64,000 nt of DNA from Spirochaetaceae bacterium (GCA_009780675.1 WQZP01000005.1:33082-97081); one strand, 5' to 3'; shown: positions 1 to 11,864, numbered from the stretch's first letter. A program made the numbers and translations. The notes: generated by a model not told the origin, from the letters alone.

Positions 1-693
1 GTAAGAGACCTTTTTGCAAATCTTCCTGACTCAAAAGCAAGAGGGTATAAATCCGGAAGATTTTCATTTAATGTTAAAGGTGGAAGATGCGAAAATTGCG
101 AAGGAGATGGAACAATAAGAATAGAGATGCATTTTCTTCCCGATGTATATATTACATGCGATGTTTGTAATGGAAAAAGATTTAACAGAGACACACTTGA
201 GATCAGGTATAAAGGTAAAAATATCTATGAAGTACTTGAAATGACAGTAGCAGATGCTCTTGATTTTTTTACTTCCATTCCTGTAATAAAAAGAAAACTT
301 ACAGCGCTTTCAGAAGTGGGGCTGGGATATATAAAACTTGGGCAGTCTGCCCTTACATTATCCGGCGGAGAAGCCCAAAGAGTAAAACTTGCGCATGAAC
401 TTTCAAAGGTTAATACAGGAAATACCCTTTATTTACTTGATGAACCCACAACAGGACTCCATTTTGGAGATGTAAGACAGCTTTTAGGTGTTCTGAATAC
501 AATTTGCGACAAAGGCAATACCATTATAATAATTGAACATAATATGGATATTATTAAGTCATCTGACTATATAATTGACCTTGGACCGGAAGGTGGAAAC
601 GGGGGAGGAGAAGTTATCTTTTCTGGAATTCCCGAAGATATTATAAGATGTAAAAATTCTTATACCGGAAAATATTTAAAGGATTATTTATAG
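1..693 (+). CDS. uvrA: Excinuclease ABC subunit A, C-terminal part (5' truncated by window)
   Basis: Frame open from base 1 ([18 protein letters not shown] zinc finger), [15 protein letters not shown] signature, [12 protein letters not shown] Walker B. Confidence 0.97.
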   Translation, partial: VRDLFANLPDSKARGYKSGRFSFNVKGGRCENCEGDGTIRIEMHFLPDVYITCDVCNGKRFNRDTLEIRYKGKNIYEVLEMTVADALDFFTSIPVIKRKLTALSEVGLGYIKLGQSALTLSGGEAQRVKLAHELSKVNTGNTLYLLDEPTTGLHFGDVRQLLGVLNTICDKGNTIIIIEHNMDIIKSSDYIIDLGPEGGNGGGEVIFSGIPEDIIRCKNSYTGKYLKDYL

Positions 694-698
694 GCTCT

Positions 699-3600
699 AT
701 GGGAATATACACCAAAAATATTTCCATAAAAATAGTTTTTCTCATACTGTTTTTTATTTCTGCTATATGCGTTATGCCACAGGAAAATAATACTGGCGGA
801 CCAGGTCTTTTTGAAAGAACACTTGCTCTTGATATAGAGACAGCAAGTTACTTTGAACTTGTTGCGTGGTTAAGGCACCTGGGGCTTGAAACAACAGGAA
901 GCAGAAGAGACCTCCAGCAGCGCCTTTTAAGGCATTATCAACAGGAAGAAAGAGTAAGAACCGTACAGGCAAGCGGAAATGTTTTTATTATAGAATCAGC
1001 AGACAGAACTGAATATTTCACCATAGAAAAAATCGATGAAAATTACATTAGAATAAGCGGCAACGTAGTTATAAGAATAGAAAATAATGAAGACAGAACA
1101 TCACATACTATAAGAACAGACAGAATAATCTTTAACCAGAAAAATAACCTTATGACCGCAGAAGGAAACGTTGTTTATACAAGAAGAAGAAATAATGAAG
1201 ACGAAGTTTTTACCGGAAGAAAATTGTCATTTAATGTTGAAAGTTGGGAAGGAATTTTTATTGAAAGCAGATCCCAGACTACAACCACGCAGGATGATGG
1301 AACAGAGATAACATTTATATATTCAGGCGACAGGATGTACAAAGATAATGATGTAATTATTATTGATAATGCCAGAATTACATCAAGCAATCCGGATAAC
1401 CCAAATTATAGCATAAGAGCCCAAAGAGTATGGGTCCTTGCTCCAAACGAATGGGGACTAAAAAACGCAGTTCTCTATGTAGGCCATGTACCCATGTTTT
1501 ATTTCCCTTTTTTCTTTCATCCTGGAGATTCACTGGTATTTAATCCTGCTTTTGGAGTAAGGCAACCTCTTGGTTCTTTTATGCAAACAACTACATATTT
1601 ATTTGGTTCTCCTCCAAGAGACAGCGATGCTTTTTTTTCATTCGGCAATGATAATTTGGAGTATGAAACAGAACTTAGCGGAATATTCCTGAGAAAATTA
1701 AGGCAAAGAGACTCTGCAAGACAAAGTGATCAATATATAAAAGTCATGTTTGATATTTATTCAAGACTGGGCGTATTTTTAGGAGCAGAAGGAAAAACCG
1801 ACTTCATTGATTTTTATCTTGGAATTGCAAGAAGCAGAAATATTTATTTTGGTACAACCACTATGTATTCTACTTTTTATGAAAATCAGGATGGAGAATT
1901 CCTGACAACATGGAATAATGCAAATTTTCTCCATTTTACAGTCCCTTTTAGATTTGGAATAGAATTGGATATGAATAACACATTTAGAAATTTCAGATAT
2001 AGTTTATCGATTGATCTTTATTCAGATCCTTTTTTTCTTCGTGATTTTAATGATAGAGCAGAACTTACAGACTGGAGTATGTTACTGGGACTTGAAGATG
2101 AAAGAGTAGATACAAATATAAATATAGGTGTAATGGACAGACTTTGGTGGTATTTTCATGGATCATATAGATATACAGGAAATATACTTGGCGGAGTTAT
2201 TTCAGAAGTAAGTATAACAAAATTTGATTTTTCAATGAACTGGAGAAACAGGGAACAGTCTGATATGGGCGCAGATATTCCCCATTTTGTAAGAACAGAG
2301 TATTTTTTCCCTGAGCAACATTTTTATTTTCCTGAATATTACAGATTCCCTGATGTTTCCATGACAATAAGAGGAAATATATTTTCCCGATCTGTCAGAA
2401 GACCTTCAAGAAGGACAGAACTCCAACCAGCAGGCGACCAAAGACCTTCCTCCAATCTTATACCGCCCTGGGGAGATGAACGGGAAGAAATTGAAAGCGA
2501 AGAGAGAGATGCAGCCCATTTGTCAATTATCAGCTCTGAAAGAATGCCGGATGAAAACATCAGAGCGTTCAGAAGCAGGGACTTTTTTTACCACTCCATG
2601 AGATATACCATATCTCCTAACGTATCTATTACAGAAACAATGGACCACGCCCCAGGAATTGCCCATGATGGTTGGCAAACACCCGGAGATATAAATTTTC
2701 AACAAGCATATACAGAAACAAGAACTTATGGAAGAGCAGATATTTTTTATAGAGCTAGCTTATATGAAGACTTTATTTCTTTTGACAATAATATTATTTT
2801 TACAGGTGATTACAGAACTCATTCAAACAGATCCGATAATATACCTGACTCTACATGGGATAATTTTCTCATGCGTAATTACAGAGCTTCATATTTAAAA
2901 GTTGAAAACCGAACAGCTTTAACAACATTTCCCCTTTTTAGATATGAAATATACAGCCAGTCCTTTATCAGATATCATATAGATATAGTTGGTTACAAAA
3001 AAGAATTTGACCAGCTTTATAATAACAATATCAACAGCCCTGTATTTGCAAGTACTTTTTTTACTATTGATGAAGAATATTTTTCAAGACATGAAACAGA
3101 AGTACACCTGAAATATTTTTCACAATGGAATCAACTGCAACAATTCAGGGTAAGAATTATACATCCACCCTTTCTTCAAAGAATTGAAAATGAAAATATA
3201 ATAAGAACAGGTCCACTAACGACAACCACTATTTTTCAAATGAATGAAGAGAGTCATGGTGTGTGGGTACCTGGCAATTTTATATGGAGAGAAAGACTTG
3301 CTTATGATACCAGAACTTTTATTGAGCATACTTTAACTTATGATGGCTATCACGATGAACTTGACACCTCGCAAACAACAGGCCGTATAAGTTTTCTGGC
3401 AGATGAAATATTTTTTCTGACTTATTTTAGATATGGTTTTAAAGTAGATTCTCCTCTTGAATTCACCTCAACTCTTAATCTCTGGTTTTTTCAGACACAA
3501 TATAGAGCAAGAAGACAATTTCCAGTAAATTACGAACCTGGTTTTGGTTGGATGCGTGAACCAGAAGAAAGATTTGTTCCATCTCAATTTTTGGCAAGAG

Positions 3601-4118
3601 TCAATTTTAGCAGATATTTTATGCCAGTATGGAGAAACCGCATAAGGTATAAAACAAATTTAGTTACAACATGGAGAATGGATCTTCAGGAATTTACAGA
3701 GAATGCGCTTGTAGTTGATTTAGGATTTGATTTCAGGATCCATAGATTTCTGAATATACATTTTAATTCAAGGTCTGAAAACAATAATACTTATCGTTAC
3801 ATACCATCTCTTGCAAGACAATTGGACGAAGAATGGATAAACCCTTTAACAGATATGTTAAAATCATTTAATATTTTCAATACAGATGACAGATATGAGT
3901 CCTTTTTCAAATTAAAACAAATTGATTTTAAAATTGTCCACCAACTTGGGGACTGGGATCTTTCTTTGCAATACACCGGAACCCCGGATCTTTTTCAGGG
4001 TGGTGTTATGCCAGAATGGAGATGGAAATCAGAAGCAACTATATTGCTCCAATGGAATCCTATCAGGCAAATCAGAACAGAAGTCAGAAGAACAAGCGAT
4101 GATGGATTCATTATGTAA
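699..4118 (+). CDS. lptD: LptD-like outer-membrane assembly protein (spirochaete type)
   Basis: Signal peptide, OstA-like N-terminal region (ISGNV..AEGNV), VGHVPMFYFPFFFHPGD motif, long beta-rich C-terminus; follows uvrA as in Treponema/Borrelia. Confidence 0.8.
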   Translation: MGIYTKNISIKIVFLILFFISAICVMPQENNTGGPGLFERTLALDIETASYFELVAWLRHLGLETTGSRRDLQQRLLRHYQQEERVRTVQASGNVFIIESADRTEYFTIEKIDENYIRISGNVVIRIENNEDRTSHTIRTDRIIFNQKNNLMTAEGNVVYTRRRNNEDEVFTGRKLSFNVESWEGIFIESRSQTTTTQDDGTEITFIYSGDRMYKDNDVIIIDNARITSSNPDNPNYSIRAQRVWVLAPNEWGLKNAVLYVGHVPMFYFPFFFHPGDSLVFNPAFGVRQPLGSFMQTTTYLFGSPPRDSDAFFSFGNDNLEYETELSGIFLRKLRQRDSARQSDQYIKVMFDIYSRLGVFLGAEGKTDFIDFYLGIARSRNIYFGTTTMYSTFYENQDGEFLTTWNNANFLHFTVPFRFGIELDMNNTFRNFRYSLSIDLYSDPFFLRDFNDRAELTDWSMLLGLEDERVDTNINIGVMDRLWWYFHGSYRYTGNILGGVISEVSITKFDFSMNWRNREQSDMGADIPHFVRTEYFFPEQHFYFPEYYRFPDVSMTIRGNIFSRSVRRPSRRTELQPAGDQRPSSNLIPPWGDEREEIESEERDAAHLSIISSERMPDENIRAFRSRDFFYHSMRYTISPNVSITETMDHAPGIAHDGWQTPGDINFQQAYTETRTYGRADIFYRASLYEDFISFDNNIIFTGDYRTHSNRSDNIPDSTWDNFLMRNYRASYLKVENRTALTTFPLFRYEIYSQSFIRYHIDIVGYKKEFDQLYNNNINSPVFASTFFTIDEEYFSRHETEVHLKYFSQWNQLQQFRVRIIHPPFLQRIENENIIRTGPLTTTTIFQMNEESHGVWVPGNFIWRERLAYDTRTFIEHTLTYDGYHDELDTSQTTGRISFLADEIFFLTYFRYGFKVDSPLEFTSTLNLWFFQTQYRARRQFPVNYEPGFGWMREPEERFVPSQFLARVNFSRYFMPVWRNRIRYKTNLVTTWRMDLQEFTENALVVDLGFDFRIHRFLNIHFNSRSENNNTYRYIPSLARQLDEEWINPLTDMLKSFNIFNTDDRYESFFKLKQIDFKIVHQLGDWDLSLQYTGTPDLFQGGVMPEWRWKSEATILLQWNPIRQIRTEVRRTSDDGFIM

Positions 4119-4136
4119 AACTTATAATGACGATGC

Positions 4137-4166
4137 TTGTAACTTATAATCTTTTTGTTCTATACT
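4137..4166 (+). promoter_or_regulatory. Putative sigma70 promoter of phoH operon
   Basis: TTGTAA-18 nt-TATACT upstream of phoH. Confidence 0.4.
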
Positions 4167-4201
4167 CAGAGTATAAAATCGTTATTAGGGTATAAAAAAG
4201 C

Positions 4202-5161
4202 TTGCAGGAAAAATGTTCCATAATATTGGATGATCATCAAAAACTCGCAGATTTATGCGGATTTAATGACTCAAATTTAAAGACCATAGAGGCTCTTCTT
4301 GGCTCAAATGTATATACAACAGGAAATGAGCTCCATTTTTCCTCAAATGACATAAAAAAACAAACTCAGTTTAAAAAAATAATTACAAAACTGGAAGAAT
4401 ATAGCGCTAAAGGGTGCACACTTTCTCCAGACCTGATAAATGGAATATATTCAGGCATTACTTTTCAGGAAGCTTCATCTGGAAGCGGTTCGCAGATAGA
4501 TGATCTTGAACTTGTAATACCAGGAAGCAGTAAACGGGTCTATCCAAAAAGTGATAATCAGGTATCTCTTATAAAAAAATTCTCTGCTTTTGATATAATC
4601 TTTGCTGTTGGTCCTGCAGGAACAGGAAAAACATACCTTGCTGTTGCAAAAGCCCTAAGTGAAGTTTTGCAGAAAAAAAAGAGAAAACTTATCCTCACCC
4701 GGCCTGTTGTGGAAGCAGGAGAAAGCCTTGGTTTTCTCCCCGGAGATCTTACTCAAAAAATAAACCCATACCTCCGACCCCTATATGATGCTATGGAGTC
4801 TCTTATCCCATTTGAAACAATATCAAAACTTGAAGAATCAAGAATAATTGAGATCGCACCTCTTGCTTATATGAGAGGAAGAAGCCTTTCTGATTCTTTT
4901 ATAATTCTTGATGAAGCGCAGAATACCACAAAAGAACAGATGAAAATGTTCCTTACAAGGATTGCAGAAGGGTCAAAAGCAGTAATAACTGGTGATATAA
5001 CCCAAATAGATATTCCAAACAAAAAACATTCAGGTCTTATCCATGCAATAAATATACTTAGAGATGTAAAAGAGATAGGTTTTTCCTTTCTTTCATCAGA
5101 AGATGTTATGAGAAATAAGTTAATAAAAAAGATTATTGAAGCTTATGATAAAGAAAAATAA
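4202..5161 (+). CDS. phoH: PhoH family ATPase
   Basis: GPAGTGKTYLA P-loop, RPVVEAGESLGFLPGD, APLAYMRGRS, LDEAQN. Confidence 0.95.
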   Translation: MQEKCSIILDDHQKLADLCGFNDSNLKTIEALLGSNVYTTGNELHFSSNDIKKQTQFKKIITKLEEYSAKGCTLSPDLINGIYSGITFQEASSGSGSQIDDLELVIPGSSKRVYPKSDNQVSLIKKFSAFDIIFAVGPAGTGKTYLAVAKALSEVLQKKKRKLILTRPVVEAGESLGFLPGDLTQKINPYLRPLYDAMESLIPFETISKLEESRIIEIAPLAYMRGRSLSDSFIILDEAQNTTKEQMKMFLTRIAEGSKAVITGDITQIDIPNKKHSGLIHAINILRDVKEIGFSFLSSEDVMRNKLIKKIIEAYDKEK

Positions 5162-5196
5162 GAAATTTGGTTATTTTTTGGAATTAGGTTAAAATA

Positions 5197-5658
5197 ATGG
5201 GCAACAAAATTGAAATAAGTTATGAAAATATACCATCTTTAGCAAAAAAAGAAAGAAAAATAGAGTTGCTATGCAATGAAATTTTTGATATTCTTGACAT
5301 TAAAAACTGGGAGTTATCAATAGTACTTTGCGACGATACATTTATAAAATTCCTCAATAAAGAGTATAGAAATATTGATGAGCCAACAGATGTCCTTTCC
5401 TTTTCTCAAGTGGAAGATGATTTCCCTCTTTATTGCGATAAGACTATATATGTAGGTGATATAGTGATTTCGGTAGATACTCTAAAGAGAAATTCAAGTG
5501 ATTTCAATGTAGATATAAATGAGGAATTTATACGCCTTCTTCTACATGGAATACTGCATATAAGTGGGCACACACATTCAGATAATAGTCCTGAACAAGA
5601 GATGATTGTTTATCAAGAAGAAATAATAAATAAGTTAACAGGGGTTGAAATATTTTAA
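5197..5658 (+). CDS. ybeY: rRNA maturation endoribonuclease YbeY
   Basis: LNKEYRNIDEPTDVLSF and HGILHISGHTH (H3xH5xH) motif. Confidence 0.95.
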   Translation: MGNKIEISYENIPSLAKKERKIELLCNEIFDILDIKNWELSIVLCDDTFIKFLNKEYRNIDEPTDVLSFSQVEDDFPLYCDKTIYVGDIVISVDTLKRNSSDFNVDINEEFIRLLLHGILHISGHTHSDNSPEQEMIVYQEEIINKLTGVEIF

Positions 5659-5659
5659 G

Positions 5660-6421
5660 ATGAAGGGTTTTTTTAAAAAAATCTTTAATAGTGACAAAGA
5701 AGAAAGTTTTAGCGACCTTAATCATGAAGAAAAAAATATGATAAAGGGGATCGTTGAGCTATCTGAAACAACAGTAAAAGAGGTTATGATCCCCAGAATC
5801 GATGTTGTATTTGTCTCAATGGATATGCCTCTTGAAGAAATGTTAAAAGTAGTAATAGAGAGTTCTCACTCCCGGTTTCCTGCTTATAAAGACACAATAG
5901 ATAATGTAGTTGGAATTCTTTATGCAAAAGACCTCTTAAGAATTATTGTCACAAAACAAAATATTGATATGATAAAAATAATAAAACCTCCTTATTTTAT
6001 CCCTGAAAGCAAAAAAATAAATGCTCTTCTTCATGAATTCAAAAGAAGAAAAATGCATATTGCGATTGCAGTAGATGAATATGGCGGAGTATCCGGAATC
6101 GTAAGCCTTGAAGATATTATTGAGGAGATTGTTGGCGACATACAAGATGAATTTGATGAGGAAGAAGAAGATATTATCAAAGTAGATGAAAACACATATT
6201 TTTGCGATACAAGAGCTTATATTGAAGATATAAACGAACAGCTTGGACTTGAACTTTCCAATGAAGATTATGACACTCTTGGCGGTTTTGTATTTGACTT
6301 GTTTGGCAAAATACCTGTAGAATATGAAAAAGTCACATATAATGGAATTAATTTTATTGTTCAAAGTATGGAAGGAAATAAAATTAAAACTATAAAAATA
6401 GAGAAAAATAGTAGTTCATGA
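5660..6421 (+). CDS. tlyC: CBS/CorC_HlyC domain protein (TlyC/CorC-like)
   Basis: VKEVMIPR, HSRFP, VDEYGGVSGIVSLEDIIEEIVGDIQDEFD, YDTLGG; ATG at 5660 just after ybeY stop. Confidence 0.88.
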   Translation: MKGFFKKIFNSDKEESFSDLNHEEKNMIKGIVELSETTVKEVMIPRIDVVFVSMDMPLEEMLKVVIESSHSRFPAYKDTIDNVVGILYAKDLLRIIVTKQNIDMIKIIKPPYFIPESKKINALLHEFKRRKMHIAIAVDEYGGVSGIVSLEDIIEEIVGDIQDEFDEEEEDIIKVDENTYFCDTRAYIEDINEQLGLELSNEDYDTLGGFVFDLFGKIPVEYEKVTYNGINFIVQSMEGNKIKTIKIEKNSSS

Positions 6422-8397
6422 AGAAAATATTTTTTTCATTATTATTTATTTTAATTATAAATCATTTTTCTTTTACACAACAAAATAATATATTTCAAAT
6501 GAATAACGACGCAGATATGATGGTTCTGGATGGGAACTACTTTGCTGCAATAGAAAAATATAAAACAGTACTTTCAATTAATCCTAATTTTGTAAACGCG
6601 ATCAGAGGATTGGCGCAAGCATATTTTTATCTTGGCGAATATGCAGAAGCGCATAATCAAATAACAAGTGCTTTAAGATTTGACAGAAATAGTATAGATT
6701 TAATGAGTCTTCAGGCTCATATTTTGCTTGCATTGGGAAATGTCTCTGAAGCAGAAAGAATATTCAGACATATTAATTCAAGAGAACCAAATAACATAAA
6801 TGCTTATTTTGGGTTTGCTGAAATAGCGCTTCTTTCCGGAAGATATACGCAAGCTGCAGGAAACTACCTTAATGTTCTCGCAATAGCTCCTGCAAACAGA
6901 AAAGCGCTTCTCTCTCTTGTCCTTATTTCGGGGCATCAGGGAAGGTTTCAGGAAGCAGAAAGGTATCTGACGCAAGCGCTAAGGCTTTATCCGGACGATC
7001 ATTTTACGTTATATATTGCAGCAAGACACTATCTGACATCCGGTGATTTGGTATTGGCAGAAAGATGGGTTAGAGAATCTCTCAGGATAAGGCCTGATTT
7101 TTTTGATTCAGCTCTTCTTTTTACAAGGCTTTTGCTTTTTTCCGGAAGATATGATCAAATCCACTCAGTTATGGAACCTTTCCGCAGGAATAGGCATAAC
7201 ATAGTTCCCTATTCCCTTGGCATAGCTTCCGAAAGGCTGGGAGATTATAATAGCGCAATAAGATATTATACAGAAGCATTCAGAATAAATCCAGGCGATG
7301 AGATTTCGCGTTATGCGCTTGAAAATCTCATAAGACGAACCAGGAGTTTTACAGATCCAATAAGGCGCAGGCACGCGGAATTCCATTTTGAAAGGGGCAG
7401 GGGTTTTGATGAGAGACATCTTACCAGTAAAGCGCTTGAAAGTTACAGAAGGGGCCTTCTTATTGATCCATTCTCCACAACAGGACGATTTCAATTTGCA
7501 AATATTTTTCTTAGAAATGGGTACAGGGCAAAATTTCTTGCGCAACTTAAGGCTCTTCCATCCGAAGAACGGCAAAGACAGAATGTAAGCGATCTTATCG
7601 AAGTTTATGAAAGTATGATAAGAAATAACCTGGCATCACAATGGGGTATTGATCAGTTTTTAATCGATAAAAACCATTATACTTTTGATTTATACTATAT
7701 TGAATCATTGAATATGCTTCATCCTGCAGGAGAGGAAATTGTTACAAGTGTATTATCAAATATCCTTACTCACTCTGAAATTATAAGAATAAACAGAAGC
7801 TCCAGAGTAACAGGTTATGCCGAAGCATTCTCAACATCAAGAAACTCTCCAAACCCATCGAACTATTTTATTATACTAAGATTTGCCGAGACCCCAAGGC
7901 TATTTTCAGCAACTGCATCTCTTTACTCAACACATACCGGAACACTCATAAGGGAATACAATATAAATACAACCGGGAATAACAAAATTTGGGAAAATCT
8001 TAATAGACTTGCAAGGCAAATCATAGATGATTCAGCCAGAGAAGGGACAATCATAAGAATCAATTTTGATAGAGGGATAATAAACCTCGGAAGGCTGGAT
8101 GGTATTAGCGAAAATGAAACCTTTTTGATCGTAAAAAGGGATAGAATAACACCTGACAGAAATCGAATAGGAAATAACTTTCCTTCATCTGAAATTATTG
8201 GAAGATTCCATGTGACCAGGGTTGATGAAAATATTTCAGAAGGACGAATAGAAAGCAGAGATGTGTTTAATTTGATAAATTTTGGTGATTTTGTTTTCCC
8301 AGAAACCCAGGATGCCCGTATAGAAGATAGAAGAGAAGATATATTTGCAAGAGAATATGGGCTTTTTAATATAATCCAGAATATAAAAAACAGGTAA
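6418..8397 (+). CDS. Exported TPR protein with C-terminal FlgT-C-like beta domain
   Basis: Signal peptide, many TPR helices, C-terminal GTIIRINFDRGIINLGRLDG...GRFHVTRVDENISEG; position between tlyC and gap as in Borrelia. Confidence 0.8.
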   Translation: MKKIFFSLLFILIINHFSFTQQNNIFQMNNDADMMVLDGNYFAAIEKYKTVLSINPNFVNAIRGLAQAYFYLGEYAEAHNQITSALRFDRNSIDLMSLQAHILLALGNVSEAERIFRHINSREPNNINAYFGFAEIALLSGRYTQAAGNYLNVLAIAPANRKALLSLVLISGHQGRFQEAERYLTQALRLYPDDHFTLYIAARHYLTSGDLVLAERWVRESLRIRPDFFDSALLFTRLLLFSGRYDQIHSVMEPFRRNRHNIVPYSLGIASERLGDYNSAIRYYTEAFRINPGDEISRYALENLIRRTRSFTDPIRRRHAEFHFERGRGFDERHLTSKALESYRRGLLIDPFSTTGRFQFANIFLRNGYRAKFLAQLKALPSEERQRQNVSDLIEVYESMIRNNLASQWGIDQFLIDKNHYTFDLYYIESLNMLHPAGEEIVTSVLSNILTHSEIIRINRSSRVTGYAEAFSTSRNSPNPSNYFIILRFAETPRLFSATASLYSTHTGTLIREYNINTTGNNKIWENLNRLARQIIDDSAREGTIIRINFDRGIINLGRLDGISENETFLIVKRDRITPDRNRIGNNFPSSEIIGRFHVTRVDENISEGRIESRDVFNLINFGDFVFPETQDARIEDRREDIFAREYGLFNIIQNIKNR

Positions 8398-8438
8398 TTT
8401 TGGAAGATAATTATTAATTTTAATGCAATTAACTTTAA

Positions 8439-8467
8439 TTGACAACAATATTATTTTAAAATATTAT
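8439..8467 (+). promoter_or_regulatory. sigma70 promoter of gap-pgk-tpiA
   Basis: TTGACA-17 nt-TATTAT; GGAGG RBS before gap. Confidence 0.7.
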
Positions 8468-8510
8468 TATAAGAATAAACTAAATTATATAAAAAACGCG
8501 GAGGAATATT

Positions 8511-9509
8511 ATGAAAATAGCTATTAATGGTTTTGGTAGAATTGGAAGAAATGTTTTTAAAGTTGCTTTTGATAAAAAGGATGTAGAAATTGTTGCCATA
8601 AACGACCTTACTAATCCAAAAACTCTTGCTTATTTACTTAAATATGACTCAACATATGGTGTATATAACAAAACAGTAGAGGCAAAAGAGAACGCAATAA
8701 TTGTAGATGGCAAAGAAATAAAAGTATTTGCAGAAAAAGACCCTAAAAACCTTCCATGGAAAGATTTTAATGTTGATGTTGCAATTGAATCAACAGGTGT
8801 TTTTAGAGGCGCTACAGGTTCTAAAGGCGGTTACATGGATCACATTACTGCAGGCGCGAAAAAAGTTATCCTTACTGTACCAGCTAAAGATGAAATAAAA
8901 ACAATAGTTCTTGGTGTAAATGAAGAAGATCTTAAGAGCACAGATGTTGCTGTTTCTAATGCTTCATGTACAACAAATTGTCTTGCTCCGGTTGCAAAAG
9001 TACTAAACGATTCATTTGGTTTTGAAGAAGGGCTTATGACAACTATCCATGCATACACAAATGATCAGGTTCTTCTTGATCAGCCTCATGATGACCTTAG
9101 AAGAGCAAGAGCTGCTGCAATGTCTATTATCCCTACCTCAACAGGCGCTGCAAAAGCTATTGGGCTTGTAATTCCTGCGCTTAATGGAAAAATGAATGGA
9201 ACTGCTATGAGAGTTCCTGTTCCAACAGGATCAATCGTGGATCTTACATTTAGATTAGCAAAAGATGCTTCTGTTGACGAGATAAATGCAGCAATGAAAA
9301 AAGCAGCAGATGGTCCTATGAAAGGGGTATTACAATATACAACAGATCAAATAGTATCAACAGATGTTATAGGCAATACTTATTCTTCTATTTTTGATGC
9401 TTCCAGCACAATGAAATTAGGAAAAAATTTCTATAAAATCTTCGCATGGTATGACAATGAATGGGGTTATTCATGCAGAGTCGTAGATTTAGCTCTTAAA
9501 TTAGTTTAA
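8511..9509 (+). CDS. gap: Glyceraldehyde-3-phosphate dehydrogenase type I
   Basis: [28 protein letters not shown]. Confidence 0.99.
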   Translation: MKIAINGFGRIGRNVFKVAFDKKDVEIVAINDLTNPKTLAYLLKYDSTYGVYNKTVEAKENAIIVDGKEIKVFAEKDPKNLPWKDFNVDVAIESTGVFRGATGSKGGYMDHITAGAKKVILTVPAKDEIKTIVLGVNEEDLKSTDVAVSNASCTTNCLAPVAKVLNDSFGFEEGLMTTIHAYTNDQVLLDQPHDDLRRARAAAMSIIPTSTGAAKAIGLVIPALNGKMNGTAMRVPVPTGSIVDLTFRLAKDASVDEINAAMKKAADGPMKGVLQYTTDQIVSTDVIGNTYSSIFDASSTMKLGKNFYKIFAWYDNEWGYSCRVVDLALKLV

Positions 9510-9525
9510 TCAGGAGAGGCGCTAT

Positions 9526-10707
9526 ATGGCTGTAAAATCGATCAAAGATATTGATCTGACAAATAAAAAAGTACTCGTCCGTGTGGATTTTAATGTTCCA
9601 ATAAAAGAAGGTAAAATTAAAGATGTTACCAGAATCACTGCTTCTTTACCAACTATTGAACATATAATCAATCAAAAAGGGACAGCTATACTAATGAGCC
9701 ATCTTGGGAGACCAAAGGGTGGCGAGAAAAAACCGGAATTTTCCCTTGCTCCAGTTGCTGAAAAGCTTTCAGAAATAATGGGCAAAAAAGTTATAATGGC
9801 TTCTGATTGTATTGGAGATGCAGTAGAAAAACTTGTAAAAGATAGCAAACCAGGGGATATAATCCTTCTTGAAAATGTAAGATATTATCCAGAAGAGGAA
9901 GAAAATAACGCTGAATTCGCAAAAAAACTTGCAAAACTTGGCGAAGTTTATATCAACGATGCTTTTGGAACAGCTCACAGAGCTCATGCTTCAACAGAAG
10001 GGCTTGCAAAGTACCTCCCTGCTGCTGCAGGATTTTTAATTGAAAAAGAGGTGAAATTTCTGGAGCCTATTTTAAAAAGCCCAAAACAGCCTTTTGTTGC
10101 AATTATAGGGGGCGCTAAAGTCTCTTCAAAAATCGAAGTTCTTGAATCGCTTCTTAAAACATGCAGCGCAATGGTAATAGGCGGGGGAATGGCTTATACA
10201 TTTCTTAAAGCCATGGGTGGAAAAATAGGTAAATCTCTTCTTGAAGAAGATTATCTGGAAACAGCGAAAAAATTTATCAAAGCTGCTGCGGATAAAAAAG
10301 TTGAAGTTATTTTTCCTCTTGATAATGTTTGCGCAAAAGAGTTTGACGAAAATGCAGAGCCAGTGTATATCGATAGCAAAGAAATCCCGGATGATTTAGT
10401 AGGGATGGATATTGGTCCTAAAACAATAGAAGCCATAAAAAAGTGTCTTGCTAGCGCAGAGACAATTGTATGGAATGGGCCAGTTGGTGTTTTTGAATTT
10501 AAGAATTTCCAAAAAGGGACTCTTGGAGTTGCGGAAATGGTAGCGAATTCAAAAGCTATTACAGTTATTGGCGGGGGAGACTCTGTTGCAGCTATAAATA
10601 AATTTGGATATGCAGATAAAGTTAGCCATGTATCTACAGGCGGCGGAGCTTCTCTTGAATATCTCGAAGGAAAACCATTGCCAGGTATAGTGGCGCTGGA
10701 AAAATAA
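9526..10707 (+). CDS. pgk: Phosphoglycerate kinase
   Basis: [34 protein letters not shown]. Confidence 0.99.
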   Translation: MAVKSIKDIDLTNKKVLVRVDFNVPIKEGKIKDVTRITASLPTIEHIINQKGTAILMSHLGRPKGGEKKPEFSLAPVAEKLSEIMGKKVIMASDCIGDAVEKLVKDSKPGDIILLENVRYYPEEEENNAEFAKKLAKLGEVYINDAFGTAHRAHASTEGLAKYLPAAAGFLIEKEVKFLEPILKSPKQPFVAIIGGAKVSSKIEVLESLLKTCSAMVIGGGMAYTFLKAMGGKIGKSLLEEDYLETAKKFIKAAADKKVEVIFPLDNVCAKEFDENAEPVYIDSKEIPDDLVGMDIGPKTIEAIKKCLASAETIVWNGPVGVFEFKNFQKGTLGVAEMVANSKAITVIGGGDSVAAINKFGYADKVSHVSTGGGASLEYLEGKPLPGIVALEK

Positions 10708-10720
10708 TTTGGAGAAAAAA

Positions 10721-11479
10721 ATGCCAGTCAGAAAAAAATATATTGCAGGTAACTGGAAAATGAATAAATTAACGAGCGAGGCTGTTACTCTTGCAAGTGA
10801 AATTGTGGAAGGCGCTCAAAAAGTTAATTGTAAAATAATGATAGCGCCGCCATTTACTGTACTTTCCGAAGTTAAAAAAGTTGTAAAAGGGACAAATGTA
10901 ATACTTGGTGCGCAAAATATGTCACATGAGAAATCAGGTGCTCATACAGGTGAAATATCGATAGATATGCTTAAAGATGTAGGAGTTGGTGTAGTAATCA
11001 TAGGCCATTCAGAAAGAAGAATGACATACGGAGAAACAGATGCTCTTATAAATTCAAAAATTCTTCTTGCGATAAAAGAAAAAATGGATGTGATTTTTTG
11101 TGTTGGAGAAACTCTTCAGGAAAGAGAAGCTGGAAAAGCATTTGAAATTGTAACAAATCAGGTTAAAAATGGTTTAAAAGATGTTACAGAAAAAGAGCTT
11201 TCGTTCATTACTATTGCGTATGAACCAGTATGGGCAATAGGAACAGGAAAAACAGCAACAGATAAAGATGCTGATGATGTGCATAAAGTTATAAGGGAAA
11301 CACTTGAAAAACTTTATTCAAAAGAACTTGCTCAGAAAATGATAATTCAGTATGGTGGCTCTGTAAAGCCTGAAAATGCAGGTTCTCTTTTATCAATGGA
11401 AAACATTGATGGAGCGCTTGTTGGAGGAGCTTCTTTGAAAGCTGAGCAGTTTTTGGCTATAATAAATAGCATAAAATAA
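10721..11479 (+). CDS. tpiA: Triosephosphate isomerase
   Basis: AGNWKMN, GHSERR, AYEPVWAIGTG, LVGGASL; ATG 10721 with GGAG RBS. Confidence 0.98.
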   Translation: MPVRKKYIAGNWKMNKLTSEAVTLASEIVEGAQKVNCKIMIAPPFTVLSEVKKVVKGTNVILGAQNMSHEKSGAHTGEISIDMLKDVGVGVVIIGHSERRMTYGETDALINSKILLAIKEKMDVIFCVGETLQEREAGKAFEIVTNQVKNGLKDVTEKELSFITIAYEPVWAIGTGKTATDKDADDVHKVIRETLEKLYSKELAQKMIIQYGGSVKPENAGSLLSMENIDGALVGGASLKAEQFLAIINSIK

Positions 11480-11495
11480 AATTTGAGGTGGTTTA

Positions 11496-11864
11496 ATGGC
11501 AATACTTTCTGTTTTGCTTCTTGTAATGTTTATAATTGCATGTATTTTTTTAGTTCTTATGGTACTTATCCAAAATGATCAGGGAGAAGGAATAGGTGGT
11601 CTTTTTGGAGGAGGCGGTGGCGCTTCTTTTGGTTCAAGGTCAGGTAATGTTCTTACTAAGTTTACATCTATTCTGGCAGCTGTTTTCTTTATTACTTCTT
11701 TTGGGCTTGCATGGGTCAATAGAACAATAGACAGAGGTGATATTTTGGGAGCAGCGCATAGACAAGGTGCGGGACAGACTGAAGCAGTTCAGTGGTGGAA
11801 CCCTGTAACGCCAACTGCAGACGCAGCTATAGATTTTGAAACAGAGGAAAATGATAGAGAATAA
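11496..11864 (+). CDS. secG: Preprotein translocase subunit SecG
   Basis: Two TM segments flanking Gly-rich GGLFGGGGGASFG loop; follows tpiA. Confidence 0.93.
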   Translation: MAILSVLLLVMFIIACIFLVLMVLIQNDQGEGIGGLFGGGGGASFGSRSGNVLTKFTSILAAVFFITSFGLAWVNRTIDRGDILGAAHRQGAGQTEAVQWWNPVTPTADAAIDFETEENDRE

